Positions 24,301 through 37,963 are shown, counted from the first letter of the stretch. The stretch is 64,000 nucleotides of DNA from Cyanophora paradoxa CCMP329 (GCA_004431415.1 QPMI01000610.1:62001-126000); one strand, 5' to 3'. Notes: generated from the letters alone by a model not told the origin. A program made the numbers and translations.

Positions 24301-26063
24301 CTCGCTGCACGGCCCGCCCGACGCCGGCGCCTCCCGCCACGGCCGCTCCAAAGTCGCCGTCGTGCGGCCCCGCCCGCCCCGCCCGGCCCCGCCAGCCCCG
24401 GCCCGGTCCGAGCGGGGCCGGGGCGGGCCGGGGCGGCAGGTGCTGCTGGACGGGCTGGCGCGGGCCGCGCGGCGGGGCCCCCTCGGGCGCGCCCTCGCCC
24501 GCGCCGCCGCCGCGCTGCTCGCGCCGCTGCGGCGGGGCGGGGCGGGCGGGCGGGGGCGTACGCGCCGGCGGGGGACGGGAGCGTGCACCCCCTCAACGGG
24601 AGCACCATCCTTCTCTCTGCCCACTCCGACGACCGGTGCCGCGCCCGCCCCGCCCCCGCCCCGGCCCCCACCCCGTCGGGATCGACCGAATTCGGGATCG
24701 ACGGAACGCCGCCAGGTCGAGCTCGCCGACGCCGACGCTGCGGGAGCGGACGCGGCGGGCCGGCGGGCCGGCGTGGCGGGCGCCCTGCGGCGGCTCCTCG
24801 GCCTGCCGCGGCGGCGGGGCGAGGGGGCGGACGGGAGCACCTCCTCCGACCGCACGGACCCCGATGGGAGCGTCCGGCACGGCGCCCGCTCCCCGGTCCC
24901 CGCCCCTTCGAGCCCCCTCCCCCTTCTCCTCGGCTGACGCGCGTGCGCCGCAGCTGATGGCGCGGCTGCGGCTGCCTGCGGGGGCAGACTCGCCGCCGCG
25001 GGCGGGGCGGGGGCGCGGGGACGGCAGCGGGCGGGGCGCCGGCGCCCTCGCGCTCGCCCGCGCCGGCTCCGGGCGGCGCCCTACGAGCCCGGGGCCCTCG
25101 CCCTCGCCGGCCCCGCGGGGCCTCCGGATCCGTCGCCGGGTCCGTGGCCGGCACGCCCCGCGGGGAGGCGGCGGGGCGGGGGCGGCGGGGCGGCGGGCGA
25201 GGCGGCGTTCGCGCCGGAGGCGCCCGACGCGCTCTTCTTCCGCGAGGGCGGGCCCGCCTGGTCCTGTGCGCCCCCGGCCCCGGCCCCGCCCGCCCCCGCA
25301 TCCCCGCCCGAGACCGACCCCCGCGGCGCCCGCCCCTCGCCCCTCAGACCTGCAGCGGGCGCGGCTGGTGAAGCCGGGGGCGCTGCCCCCCGGGGAGGAC
25401 GGCGGCAGCAGCGGGCACGGCGGGGCGGCGCGGGGGGCCGGGGGGGCGGAGGGGGAGGAGGGGTACGGGGCGGAGGGCGGCCTGCGGGACCCCGCCTCCG
25501 AGGCCCACCGGCAGCGCCTCCAGGCCCGCCCGCCCGCCAGCCAGCCAGCCAGCCGGCCACATTCGCTGAGGCGGCGTGGGGCAGGCGCTGGAGCGGGAGC
25601 TGGTGGCGGTGAAGATGGCCCTCGAGAAGGGCCTCCTCACCCAGAGCGAGCAGGCCCGCCCCCGCCCCCGCCCCCGCCCCGCCCCCGCCCGGCCCGGCGC
25701 GCGGCGGCTGAGGGCGGCTGGGACGCACGTGCAGGTGCAGAAGATGCGGCGGAACCTCGAGGCCCTCACCTTCCTCTCCGAGGACTCCCGTGCGCCCCGC
25801 CCCGCCCCGCCCGGGGCGCGCCTTGAGCGGGGCGGGGCGGGGCGGGCAGTGCTGAACGCGGAGGACCGCCTCGGGGCGATGACCGCTGTCCGCACCCGCG
25901 AGGTCCGCCAAAGCCGGCCCCCGCGGCCGGGCTGCGCCCTCGAGCTCTGAGAGGGCGGGGCCGGCGACAGCTCTCGCGGCTGCAGACGGCGCTCGGGGAC
26001 GTCTCCGCGAGCGTCGCCCGCCGCACCCGCGTCGCCGCCGCCGCCGCCAAGAAGGCCGCGTAG
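15363..26063 (+). CDS. Ankyrin-repeat (about 15-20 repeats) polycystin-2/TRPP-like cation channel
   Basis: Ankyrin repeats span 15363-20050 (LFLACKDGD, GITPLHEAC, APIHLAAEYGH, GETPLMYA, GNTPLMIAAARGH). An in-phase intron at 20333-20537 joins them to RQVWRESLVY...LLLGPLRIRQ|VR..C...C...GVAGTYSGGGY...RRWIDAATRA...YEFPPSGGIVP, then the pore YRSFGTAL...TFGD and S6 FLVVNLFISVFM..EY, all PKD2-like. Low-complexity/coiled tail to a TAG at 26063. Confidence 0.8.
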
Positions 26064-27173
26064 CGCTGGCAGGCTGCAGCCGCGTGCGCAAGCGATCGAT
26101 ATCACGCTCGCGACTTCATTCGCGATCGATTAGGGAAAGACACTAGTACTGGTCATGCGATCATGACTCAGTGAGACACGATGAACTAAGCTGATGAGCC
26201 CAGGCCTAGGTACCGGTGCGCTGCTGGCAGGCTGTGCACGTGCACGTGGCAGGCGTTCTCGTCGGCAGCGTCGCGGAACGCGAGCGGGGCCTGCGCACGC
26301 GCCGCGTCCGTCATGATCAGAAGCGTTGCGGACGGGGGCCGGGGGCTGCAGCTGGGGCCTCGCCTCGGAAAAGCAGGGCCGGGGGGCCCGGGGTGAGGGG
26401 GAGGGGGGCGCCGGCGGGCAGGGCGCGCGAGCTCGAGAGGGCGCAGCACCTTGGCCTCTTCGAATTCTGTCAAGATATCGATGGCCTTGAAGCGGAATTC
26501 GAAGTTGCAATTGCCCATAAATCGGCTGCGGGGGCCGCCGGGCCGGGGGGTCGGCTGCGGGGGCCGGGGGGTCGGCTGCGGGGGCCGGGTCACCCGGGTG
26601 GCCGGCCCGCGGCGGAATATCGATATCGATTCGAATTCGAATTCGAAATCGAAAAAATTCGGAGCGCACCGCGGCCGGGTACCGGGCTACTACCGGCCAG
26701 CCGTTTTTTTGGTTTCGAATTCGGAGCTCACCAGACTTTTTCCACGGGTCGGGGTACATGCAGGTTGCAGGGGCAGCCCGACGAGTCGACGTCAACGGGC
26801 GCCGCGGTACGCGCGTATATACGCGTGAGCGGCGTGACCCGCTGCGGACTGCAGCCTATGGCTAGGCCTGCAGGTCAGCTGTGCATGCGCGTAGGTTGCA
26901 GCCTACTTGCAGGCAACGTTAACTTAAGCTTGCAGCTGCAGCTGAGGCTGCTGCAGCTGAGCCTTGAGCTAATCACAAGCCTGAGCCTCGGCCCTCGGAG
27001 CGACGTCGACAAGAATGTATTTTGCAGGGCTGCGCACCAGCCCGTTTGGAAAGCGCGTTCGCAGTAACATAGGAGCGGAAGATACTGCAGCTGGCAGTGA
27101 CCCACCGACTCCACCATTGGCACGGCACCTTGGTCGCGAGATCATCGAATATAGCAAGCCACTCGAACCACCC

Positions 27174-29558
27174 ATGGCCACTGCGTCTGTGAAGACTATT
27201 CCCCCTCCAAAAGGATGGGTCTCTATGCCGCAAGGCACGCCCCTGCAAGTTCGTATTACTTACGGCGATTCGGTGCGCTGTTGGTGCAGGAAACGCATCT
27301 TAGAGCTCACTTTGAATTCAGAATGGAACTCGCTAACTTGTACGTATACCTGCGCATGCGCAGAGGTCTGCGAGCGTCGACATGTATACGTTATAGTACT
27401 CGTGCTTCGATATATATAAGTTGAGGCACCCCGACCCTTGCGCAGCTTTTTCACGCAGAAGTCGCTTCCTTTTCCCGTCTACTGCCCAGCGGGGACAAGG
27501 TGCGCGTGCTCGCTGTACGTATACATGTGCAGCTGGTTGCAATTGCTAACGATTAGACGGCGCGGCTGCGAGACAGATGGCTCGCCCAGATAACCGGCAC
27601 CTCGCCATGGCCAGGCCCAGACGATGAGCCTGCCGACAAGATACACTGTTGCGGATCGGCAGACGTTACAGGCAAGCCGCGGGGGACCCACGGGATCATC
27701 CCACCTGTAGTTGTCAAAGGTGTCCCGAATCCGCAGGTGCGGCATGCGCACTGCGGCAGCTGCAGCCTAGGCCTGATCATGAAGCTCCCGGCCGGGCGCC
27801 AACCGCAATTGTACTGCACTAACTTGCACTTGTATTCTGCGGCAGGACGCCCAGGAGGTCGAGCTGGCTTTCAACGAGTCTTGCCAAGAACGTGAGTCGA
27901 CGTCGACGTCGCTGCTAAATATTCCCCCCTGCAGCTGCATGTCATTCATGGCATCTGCGCAGCGCGCCTCGTCAATACGCTGTTCAAAGATCGTTCGGAT
28001 CGGCCGAGCCGTGCGTTCCTCGGCAGGGCGAAGCTCACCGTCTCTCCCGAAGACCACCGGATGCTCGTGCGGATGGCCGAAGAGTGCGCGTCGGCGCCAC
28101 GCGCTCGACTCGCGATTGCAAAATATTCGCGATCGCGAGTTTTGCAAAAACAAACTGATGCCCGAATTTCGCGCAGGCACCAGGAAGAAGTGGAAGAGTA
28201 AGTGATGCGAATTCAGTTGCAATTTCAGATGTCCGTGTAGATCTTGGCATGCGCAATCGTGGGCCGACGCCCGGGCACGCATGCACAGGCGTGCCGAGTA
28301 TGCTTCGATTTCTCAGCGTCAGTTGAACAAAATCAAGGCAATGTATCCATCGCGATTTCTGGTCACCGAGCGGAGCATTGCTACGCCTGCAGCCCCGACG
28401 TCGACGATCGCGGCACCAGCGACGGTCGCAACGGAGGCGCCGGCACCGGCGCTCGCGCCGGCACTCGCGGCCGGTGCAGCGTACGCGTCGGCCATGACTG
28501 CGACTCCAGGTCCAGGCGAGGTGCGCTTATATTTAATTATGCAGAGATAGGTTTTGAATTTCGCCTCATCGATATCAATATTAAAACTGTTTGCTAAACT
28601 CCCGCACTGCTCTCCCAGTCGCGGACTTTTTCTGGGGGATTGGACGACGCCAAACAGGAGGTTCTTACATACATCCGAGCGAACTTCGAGGTGCGCATGC
28701 ATCGATATCGATGTCTGGCCATTGGGATCTATCACGAGACTAACGGAAACTCCAATTGCAATCAGTCGTGGGAAAACCCCAACCGTGGAGGAGCTCTTTC
28801 GTTCGGGCTGTCGCGTATACCGGTTGAAGGTCGGATTCAGCAAGTGTACAGAAGCGATCTATGGCGTGATTTGACCCCTGAACACAAGTCGGCACTGGAG
28901 CCGCTTCTGGAACAGATGGTCATGGAGCCGCCGCCGGCTGCACCCACACCGAAGCTTAAGCCTGCAGCCCCGACGGCGCCGGCCGCGGCAGCAGCGACGG
29001 TCGAAAAGGAGGCTGTGCTCGTGAAACCGACGGTCTCTTTAGGGCGCAATCTACACTTCAAGGAGAACGTGCAGCCTGCCCCGTATGTACCCCTTTTGCC
29101 GACGGGTCGTGCGTGCCTTGGATATCGATGCTGATCATCATCCTGGGCGCAGACCGCCGACTCTCGAGCACTACTTCCTGGACAGGGTGCCCACGGACTC
29201 GTCGGAGTTCGGCGACGGACTTCGAACCGGCCGCATCTTCACGGTCGACGTCCTGGACGCGGGCACGAACCTCGTCGACTCCGACGTCGGCGGCTACGTC
29301 GCCTACTCGAGCGGCGGCGCCGACTGCGGCTTCCCCGCTGACGTCGACGACGACGACGCCTCCCCCGCCGCCGAGGCCCGCCCCGCCCCTCGCATCCGAG
29401 TGCCGCTCATCTAACGGGCGGCGGGCCGGGGACGACAGGGGGAGGAGGGGGTCCTGGGGGAGGCGCTGGGGGCGGAGGGCGAGGGCGAGGGCGCCGCCTT
29501 AAGCTTCGAATTCTCGGACCCGGCGGCCCTCGCCGACCGCCACGCACCGCTCCTCTAG
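27174..29558 (+). CDS. Hypothetical multi-exon protein (lower GC, possibly degenerate)
   Basis: Exon-like blocks flanked by GT/AG and branch motifs, e.g. MATASVKTIPPPKGW..., LHVIHGICAARLVNTLFK..., VYRSDLWRDLTPEHKSALEPLL..., PTLEHYFLDRVP.... No recognisable domain, and the exon phases are not fully resolved. Confidence 0.35.
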
Positions 29559-30462
29559 ATTTCGATCTGGACCCTTTCGACCTTGAAAAGTCATGTTCAT
29601 GATTGGCTATAGGGCCCCGCCGTACGCGTCGGACTAGTATTGGTGTTGAATCATTGAATTTCACGATCAGTCTGGTTTTAGATGTTGACTCTAGAAGCAT
29701 ATCTCTGGCCCAGTGGATCTAGATATGTGACAGTGAGGGAACTCAGGGAAGGTCGCGGGCCCTGAGGAGATCTAGACGCCGTGACGTCGATCGCGACAGC
29801 CTCACATGCGCATGCATATGATCATGATCATGATGCCTGCGCGGCACCGCATGCGCAGCCATTGCAATTGAATCATGGCATTGGCTGTTCGATGGACTTC
29901 GGGAGCTCGAGTGCAACATGCATGCGCAGTGCTAGAAGAATTTCAAACGTGAACCGTGAACCCAAATTGTTTGCAAAAATCGATTGCGATTTGAATTCAT
30001 CGGATCTCAGGATAGTATCACTCAAAATTAGTACACTGAGTCACGCAACTAGTAGGCTACCGAAAGCTAACTAGAAATGATGAAAGCGAGCTGCCTGAAG
30101 CTAGCGTGGAAACGGCCTGTCATGATCACTGTGGACATCGATTGTAAAGCACACTCCGATCAAGAGGAGGCCTCATTAATGTTGTAAAACGGCCTGCCAG
30201 GCTGTCTGTCACTGAGAACATCGGTTGGAAAACACTGGCGATCAAGAGGAAACGAGAGGGTTCGCGCAGAAACGTCCTGGCGAAGGCACTGCGGCGCCAC
30301 GGGATGCACCTGGAAGCACAGGCGCGCGCAAGGCGCGGGGCTGGCCTGCCTCTCTCGCAAGGCGCGGGAAGCTTGACGTCTAGATCTAGATCTCTCTGTG
30401 CAGAAAATGGATACAGTTTTCAAAGAAGGGGGACACTGTGCAGGCTGCTGAGCGGTGGCTGG

Positions 30463-33400
30463 TCAGCGGGAGGAGCTGTAGATGGAGACGACGGAGTCGG
30501 TGGAGCCGGAGGCGAGGGTGAGGCGGTGCGGGTGGAAGGCGAGGGAGGAGACGGGCCCGATGCGCTGCCCGAGGAAGCCCTCGTGGAAGCGGATCATCGA
30601 GAGCGTCTCCCCCGCGAAGCTCATGATCTTGACGAACTGGTTCTGCGAGCCGCCCGCCAACATCGGCGCGTAGTCGTGCACCACGAAGGCCGTCATCGCC
30701 TTCTGGTGCAGCCGCATCGTCCGGTACGCCGCGCTGGCGCCGGCCCGCACGTCCCAGAACTTGACGTCGCCGGCCGCCGAGCCCGAGAGGACGGCGTGCT
30801 CCCCGCCCCGCTGGATGTGAACGCCCACGATCTTGCTCTCGCCGTGGTCCCGCAGCGCGCACCGCATCGCCAGGTGCGAGGGCACGCGCGCGTCGAAGAC
30901 GCGCAGCGAGCCGTCGCCACAGCCGGCGACGGTGACGCCGGGGGAGCCCGACTCGTCGTGCGCCATGGCCGTGACGGACGAGTCGGTGTGGACGGGGACC
31001 TCCGCCACGCACTGCTCCCGCTCCACGTCCCACACGCGCATCACCTCCGCGTCGCCCGCCGCAAGCATCAGCGCCTGCCCCGGCGGGAGGCGCCCCGTCA
31101 GAGGCGGGGGCGGGGCTGGGGCGGGGGCGGGGGCGGGAGCGGGGGCGGGGGCGGGGCGCACGTTGGCGGGCTGCCAGCAGAGGACGAGGCCGCCGACGCG
31201 GCGCGGGGCGGTGGGCGTGAGGGCCCGCCAGGCGGCGACGAGGCGCTCCTCCCCGGGGCGGGCGACCTTGCCCCAGACGCGGACCACGCCGTCGTCCGAG
31301 CCGGCGACGACCAGCGAGTGGTGGCAGTCGTTCACCAGCTGCAGCGCCGTGATCCGCGTGTGCGGCCCGTTCCCGTTGCTGCAAGCGCGCGCAGGGGCTC
31401 CAGTCAGACCGGGGCCCCCGGCAGGCAGGCGCGCCCTCCGAAAGCGGGGGAAGGGACCTGAACGAGTTGGCCTTGGCGCCCTCGTCGTAGTTCCAGACGG
31501 AGAGGCCCTCGGAGTCGTCGGCGACAACGAGGTAGGGGTCGTAGGGGTGGAAGAGCAGCTGGGTGGTCATCGAGGAGCCGTTGTCGAGCGTCGTCGTGTG
31601 CGAGTCGAGCTTGCGGCTGGTGGCCTCCTTGTGGGCGGCGTGGAACTGCGCCCGCAGCGCCTCGTTCCGCTTGTGCCGCCACCGCCGCTCCAGGTACCAC
31701 GGACTCGTCCCGTCCTCCTGCTCCTTCGGCTGCAGCAGCGGCCGGCCCCACCGCGCCGCGCTCCACTCGTACAGCGTGCTCTGCAGCGAGTCGGGGCCCG
31801 GCGCCGGGCCCGCCCCGCGGCCCACGTTGCTCGCCGCGCCGGCGCCGGCCGCCCCGCCGCGGCCCCGTTCGCGCCGGCGGCGGCCGGGTCCGCGGCGGCG
31901 CCCGAGGGCCCGGGGCGGGCCGGGGGCGCCGGAGGGCGGGCGGCGGCGGCGGCGTTCTGGGCGGCGACGGCGGCGAGGTTGGTGAGGGAGTTGTTGCGTG
32001 GCTGGCGGGAGATGCTCTGCATGTGCGGCGGCAGGCCCGGCGAGGGGCCGCCGAGGGAGCCCGAGCCCGGCGCGCCGTGGAAGTCGGCGGCCGAGGCGCT
32101 CTTCTTGATGGAGGTGGGGAAGGGGCGGCGCGGGGAGAGGCCGTTGTTGGTGGGGGGCGGGACGGGGGGCGGGGCGCCGGCGGCGGCGGCGTGGAGGGGC
32201 CCGGTGAAGGAGGAGACCTTGGGGATGGTGTTGAGGGCGGAGAGGAAGCGGGGCACGAGGGGCGGCGCGCTCCCGTCCTGCCCGGCGGCGAGGAGGCGCC
32301 GCACGACGAGGCAAGCCGTCACCGCCACCTCCGGGAGGGGGTCCCGGCACGCCCCCACGATGCCCCGCCACAGCCCGTTGTACGTCTGCGCGTGCGCCTC
32401 CGCCGTCGAGGAGGCGCCGGCGGCCGAGGAGGAGGAGGAGGAGGCGGCGGCGGCGGAGGCGGAGGGGCGGCGGCCTGCGCGGCGGCGGCCTGGGCGGCGG
32501 CCTGGGCGGCCTGCGTGCGGGCCGAGGGACCGAAGGTGGGCGCGGGGCGCTGTTGGGCGTCGAGGGCTCCGACCCGTCACCGGCGGGGCCTTGGAGGGCG
32601 CCGGCAGGCGGATGGCGATCCCGCCGGGGCGCCGGCGAACCCGCCGTTGGCGTGCGGCCCCGCCGGCTCCGAGCGCGACAGCGCGCCCGCCGCGGAGGCC
32701 CCGGCGAGTCCGGCGGGCCCGCGAGGTCCGGGTTCGAGACGGAGGGCTTGACGGCCGGCACCGGCACCGGCGCAGGGGCCGCGGCGGCGGCGGCGTGGCC
32801 GGCGTGGCCCGACCCGTGCGGCTCGCCGGAGAAGGAGTAGGCGGCGGGGCGGGGCGGGGCGGCGGCGGCGCGGGCCTCCTCCTCGAGGGCGGCGGCGAGG
32901 GCGGTCGAGGCGAGGCGGAAGCGCTCGCGGTGGCACTGCGCCATCGCCGAGAGCGCCAGCAGCGCCTCGCGCCGCACCGACGCGCACCCGTCCTCCTTGA
33001 GCACCTCCGCGAGCGCCGCGCCGATGGAGAGCTCGGTGAGGAAGCGGCGCTCGTTGCCCTCGCCGCCGCCGAAGAGGCAGCCGCAGGCGAAGGCCGCCGC
33101 GGCGCGGACCTCGGGGACGGGGTCGGCGAGGAGGGCGAGGAGCTTCTCGGGGGCGGCGTCGCGGACGGCCGTCCACTTGGCCTCCTCGAAGCCCTGCCAC
33201 ATCTTCGCCATGCAGAGCGCCACCCAGCGCCGCAGCAGCGGGTCCGGGTCCGACGCCTGCGCCAGCAGCACCGGCAGCAGGTTGTTTGAGAGCAGCGACG
33301 ACTGGCCCGGCCTGCCCGCCCGCACGCACGAGGCCGTCAGCCAAGGCCAAGGCAAGCCAGGCAGAGCTCATGCGAGCCCCGGCGGGCCCGGGCGGGGCGA

Positions 33401-35610
33401 GGCGGGGCGGACCGGAAGTTGTTGGCGATGGCGGCCAGGACGAAGGCGGCCATGGCGCGCTTCTCGGCGGGGTAGCTCTGCTGCGCCAGGAACGAGACGA
33501 AGTAGAGGGGCCCGTTGTCCTTGAGCAGGTCGCACTGGCACGAGCGGTCCAGCGCCATGACCTTGGCCCAGATGAAGACCAGGATCTGCCGCAGCTCCGG
33601 CGCCGGGCTCTGCAGCAGCTTGAGCACGTACGGGAAGATCCCCACCGAGAGCGCCTGCGGGCGGGCGCGGTCAGCCTCGTCGACGGGGCGGGGCGGGGCG
33701 GGGCGGGGCGGGCGGGGGCGGACCAGGTCGACGGCCCAGGGCCCGACGTCGAGGAAGCGGCCGAGGAGGAGGAGGGCGCGGAGGCGGTGGACTTGGGAGA
33801 GGAGGACCTGGAGGACGATGGGGAGCTGCTCCGGCGGCCGCTTCTCCTCGCTCCCGAACTCCAGCCAGACCTCGAACGCCGTCAGCTGCTCCTCGAAGAA
33901 AGGGCTGTGCTGGTACTCCGCGTTGGGGTCGGCGAGGAGCTTGGGGAGCTGGGAGAGGCAGAGCTCGGCGGCGAGGTCCCAGGCCTGCCACATGGGGTGC
34001 TGGTGCGTGGGCGGCAGCTTCGGGCAGGTGACGGGGGTGCAGTTGAGGGAGCGGAGGACGCGCTCGGCGAGGAGGAAGTTGCGGAAGAGCGAGGCGACGA
34101 GGAGGTCCTGCCGGAAGAGCTTCTGGAAGGTGCCCCGCGGCAGCGCGTTCCACGCGATCGTGTCCGTGATCGCCGTGAAGATCCAGTTCAGCTCCCCCAG
34201 CGGCGTCTTCCGGTCGTTCAGCTTGCCCGGGATCTTGTCGATCGCCTCCAGCGTCATGCTCGAGAGCAGCGGCGACCGCAGGCAGTACCACCGCAGCGCG
34301 ATCTTGATCGGCGTCGTCAGGCAGACCTGCCGCCCGTTCCCCACCCCGCGTCGGAGCCTGCCCGGGGTGGCGCGGCCGGGCCGGCGGGCGGCGGACCGTG
34401 AAGATGTCTGCGGGGTACTCGGGGTTCATGGGGAGCAGCTCGTTGGCGCCGCACGCCGCCATGAGGATCGTGTCCCGCTGCGCCGCGCTCTGCTGCGGCG
34501 CCGCCGCCGGGTTCGTCGCCAGCAGCCGCTGCGCCGCCCTCAGCAACGGGAAAGGAAACAAGAAGGAGAGAAGAGGGGGCTGACCTTGATTTCCTTCTCG
34601 CGCTGCTCCTGGAAGACCTGGAAGGCGTTGACGATCATGCCGGCGGACGAGCAGTCGAAGACGTAGATCGACGGCGTCCCCATCCACGTCTGCAGGTCAT
34701 AGATCGAAAGAGGAATGTACTGCGTAAAGTTCTGCGGGCGGGAGAACAAGGTCAGGCGGGCGGCGCGAGGGCCGAGCGGCCCGGTCAGGCGGTCGTCCGG
34801 TCAGCGCACGTTGTTGAAGACCCAGATCTCGCCATGCGGAGTCGGCCGAGGAACGCCGTGCCCGTTGTAGTGAAAAAGGACACGCTCGTCCTTCGCGTTC
34901 CTCCTGAGCGAGACGCACAGCTTCTTGACCGCGTCCAGGGTCGGGTCAAGGCACTGCTTGTAGCGCGCCTGCGCGGATTCCGTTCCGTCAGCCCCCAAAT
35001 CTCATTCGAGCACCCTCGAAGCATACCCGAGGCTGCCAGCGCTCGTAGTGGGTTTGCAGCTGCTTGCCAATCGCCTCCAGCGCCTTTTGTGGGGGCTGCT
35101 GAGTAGGATCTGCGCGGCGCGCGTCATGACCGGTAAAGAGCGTGTACAATGTTCCCAGATACGCGAAGACAGAGACGCACCCATCCAGCATTCCAGGCGA
35201 GCGCACGGCGTCGTCTTTACGACATCAGGCGGATCTACTCCGATGTTCAGGCAAAGGACAAGCGCTACGCTAACAGTCTTCATCTGCGCGGGTAACCGAC
35301 GTAAACGTGAGACGGCGCGTCGCTCCCCGTGCCGCAGGCTCGGCCTCGCCAGTCGCGACCCTAGGATCGAGAACCCCAGGCGGCGCGGCGGACGCACCCG
35401 CTCTTTCATCCGCCAGTCGAGCACGCATGGATCTTCGCCGAACATGAGCGAAGTGCCCCCGATCTCGTGCCGCTCCTCGTTGAAGAAGAGGCGTTCGGGC
35501 TCTTCGTCACCAGGGATCTCCACGGGGTAGGGAAGGAGCTCAAACGACTGCATAGGCACGTTTCCGAACTCATCTTCGCCCCCCTGCTGCCGCTCCTCTC
35601 CTTCTTCCAT
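30463..35610 (-). CDS. RAPTOR: Regulatory-associated protein of TOR (Raptor/KOG1)
   Basis: DWRMKER|[104 protein letters not shown] repeats, and a C-terminal WD40 ending [16 protein letters not shown]. Apparent indels in the GC-rich linker at about 31.9-32.7 kb. Confidence 0.97.
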
Positions 35611-35962
35611 GCCGGCGGAGACAGCACAGCGCGCCGCGAGGTCGCGCGAATCACTCGGGGCTGCACGCTGACTGCAAAGCTCTTCGGCAAGACGCGCCGG
35701 AGCGCCCGCAGCAATGCCTGCAGCCGCGCTGACCCCGTGAGATGACCGAACCAGCCCTCCGTGACAATCGTCTGTGTGTACCCCTTTGGTGTACCTCTAA
35801 ATTGCCCGAAGCGCACATGCAGCATCAGAACTTCTCTCCTCAGGCACGAGACAGTGGTTGATCCGTGAAGCCGCTGGAGGCCCGCCCCTCGACGGGCAGC
35901 GCGGCCATGCGTGCCGCTAGAGCAGGGGCCTCTTCAGGCTGGCGACGCAGCTAGACTTGGCG

Positions 35963-37823
35963 ATGGTAAGTGGGCCAACGGCGCGAGCCTGGCTCGCCAG
36001 CTGGCTCGCGCTGGTCTGCCTGGCGCTCGCGCTCCCAGCGCGTGCAGGTCAGTCACGGCGGCGGCGCTGTCGTGTGCGGTCTGAACTCCTCGCAGACTTC
36101 TCCTATCCAAGCTTTCCGGCGTCGCTGCCGGCGGACCTGTCGCTCGCCGGCAGCTCCAGCTTCATCTCCTGCTCGGGGCTCTGCGCCTCATGCCCGGAGC
36201 CGACGCCGCCGCCGGCAGAGCTCTACGAGCACTACATGCCCGCCCTTCCTGCGCCCGGCTCGCGCCTCCCGACGCCCCGCGCAGGACGCAGTACACGAAC
36301 TTCACGACCGTGTACGAGCAGGACCCGGCCGCCCTCCTCGCTGGCCAGATCGTGCGCTGTCCCGCTGATCTCTTGGCGCCCATCCGCCCGCACCAAACCC
36401 TCCCCCGCGGCCCGCAGGAGCCCTGCCAACGGCAGGTGGCGCTGACGCCCCCCGCGCCGAACCGCGCCGGCGCCGTGTGGCACCGCGTCCCCCAGAGCGT
36501 CGCCCGCGGCTTCGAGACAACGTTCACGTCCGCCCCGCCCCCGCCCCCGCCCCCGCCCCCGCCTGCCCCCGCGCCGCCGCCGACCCCGCCGCGCAGCTTC
36601 CGCCTCATGTACCCCTCCCGCGTCTGCACGACGCAGAACCGCATTGAGTCGGCGCGCCACTCGCCGCGTATCCCTCCCCATTCACGCCCCTGACGCCCCC
36701 CGCAGCGCACGCTGGACGCTGAGGAGGATCCGGTACCCCCGCCCCTGCCCCCTTAGAGGGCCCTCTCCCTCTGATCCTGCGGTACCCCGCCTAGAACGTG
36801 GACGGCTTCACGGCGCCGGTGGAGACGATATACCTCCGCACCTGGTCCGACTGCGACGTCTCGGGTACCCCCCGCACCTTCCCTCACCGTACCCCGGCCC
36901 CGCCCCGCCGCCCCTTACGCCGGGCTGCAGGGGCGGGCGGCTTTGCCTTCGTGCTCCAGAACGCGCCGGAGGGCTCCGCGGCGGTCGGGGACGCCGGCCT
37001 CGGGCTGGGGTGCGCTGGCCGCCCGCGCACCGGCGGGGAGCGGGGCTGACGTGTACCCCCACCAGGTACGGCGCGGTGCGGGAGAGCGCGGCGATCGAGT
37101 TCGACACGCACCACGACGCGAGCTGCGGGGACCCCCCCGAGGCCCACGTCTCCGTCCAGGCGCGAGCGCACCCCTCCCCGGCTCCCCCTCCCCCTCACGG
37201 CCGGCCAGGCGCGCGGGGCGGGGAAGGCCAACTCGCCCGAGCACCGCTTCCGCCTCGCGTGGGCCGGCGAGGCGACCACTTTCATGCTGTACCCCCCGCG
37301 CTCCTGAGCCCTGACCCCCCCCCGGCCCCCGGCAGTCCACGGGCCGCTTCCTGAACCTGACGGACGGGCGGGAGCACAACGTGACGCTGCGCTACACCCC
37401 CTCCCCGTGCGCCCTCGAGCGGCCCGAGGCCCCCGCCGGCCACCCACCCTCGCCCTCTCCCGCAGCCTCGGGGACCTGGCTGCGCGCCACCTGGACGCCT
37501 CGCCCCACCTCCTCCGCCACCTCCTCAAGGGCCCAGTCGGCACCCTCGAGGTCCGGCGCCCGTACCCCCGCCGCGCCCCGCCCTTCTTGTACCCCCGCTC
37601 ACCGCTCACCGCTCGCGCCCCCCAGCTCTTCGTGGACAACGCGCGCGGGGTGAACAACACGGCGCTGGCGGCGCCGGGCCCGGTGCTGCGGCTGCCCTTC
37701 AGCCTGGAGGCGGCGCTGCGGACGGCCCCGGGCGGCCTCGCCTACGTCGGCTTCACGGCGGCCACGGGCGCCCGCTGGCAGCGCCACGCCATCACCTCCT
37801 GGTCCTTCGTCTCCTTCCCCTAG
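35963..37823 (+). CDS. Secreted L-type (legume/ConA-like) lectin domain protein
   Basis: N-terminal hydrophobic signal (WLASWLALVCLALALPARA). Lectin motifs VALTP...AGAVW...GFETTFT|F, GGFAFVLQN, AIEFDT, HVSV, AYVGFTAATG...HAITSWSF. Confidence 0.85.
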
Positions 37824-37963
37824 GCCTCGCCGGCGGGAAGCAGCTCCCGCGGCCGCGGACTGACGCGCGTTACTGGTTTTGTACATGTACATGAAAGACA
37901 GAGCAGGCAGAAAGACCCGCAGGAAACAGGGCCGAGCTGCACGCTGCCGCTCCGGGCCCGAGT

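Noticed and set aside
30075-30216. ATGATGA…CTGA as a C/D snoRNA
   Set aside because: No terminal stem or recognisable rRNA-complementary guide; the motifs are short enough to occur by chance.
31900-32720. Frameshifts in Raptor (and at about 47030, 49670, 50050) as pseudogenisation or programmed frameshifting
   Set aside because: They fall in G/C runs of low-complexity linkers of otherwise intact genes, including a normally essential one. Assembly indels are the simpler explanation.
30386-33355. Very long Arg/Pro/Gly/Ala-rich ORFs in the track (e.g. 989 aa, 818 aa, 634 aa)
   Set aside because: These are artefacts of extreme GC content, or off-frame and antisense readings of real spliced genes.
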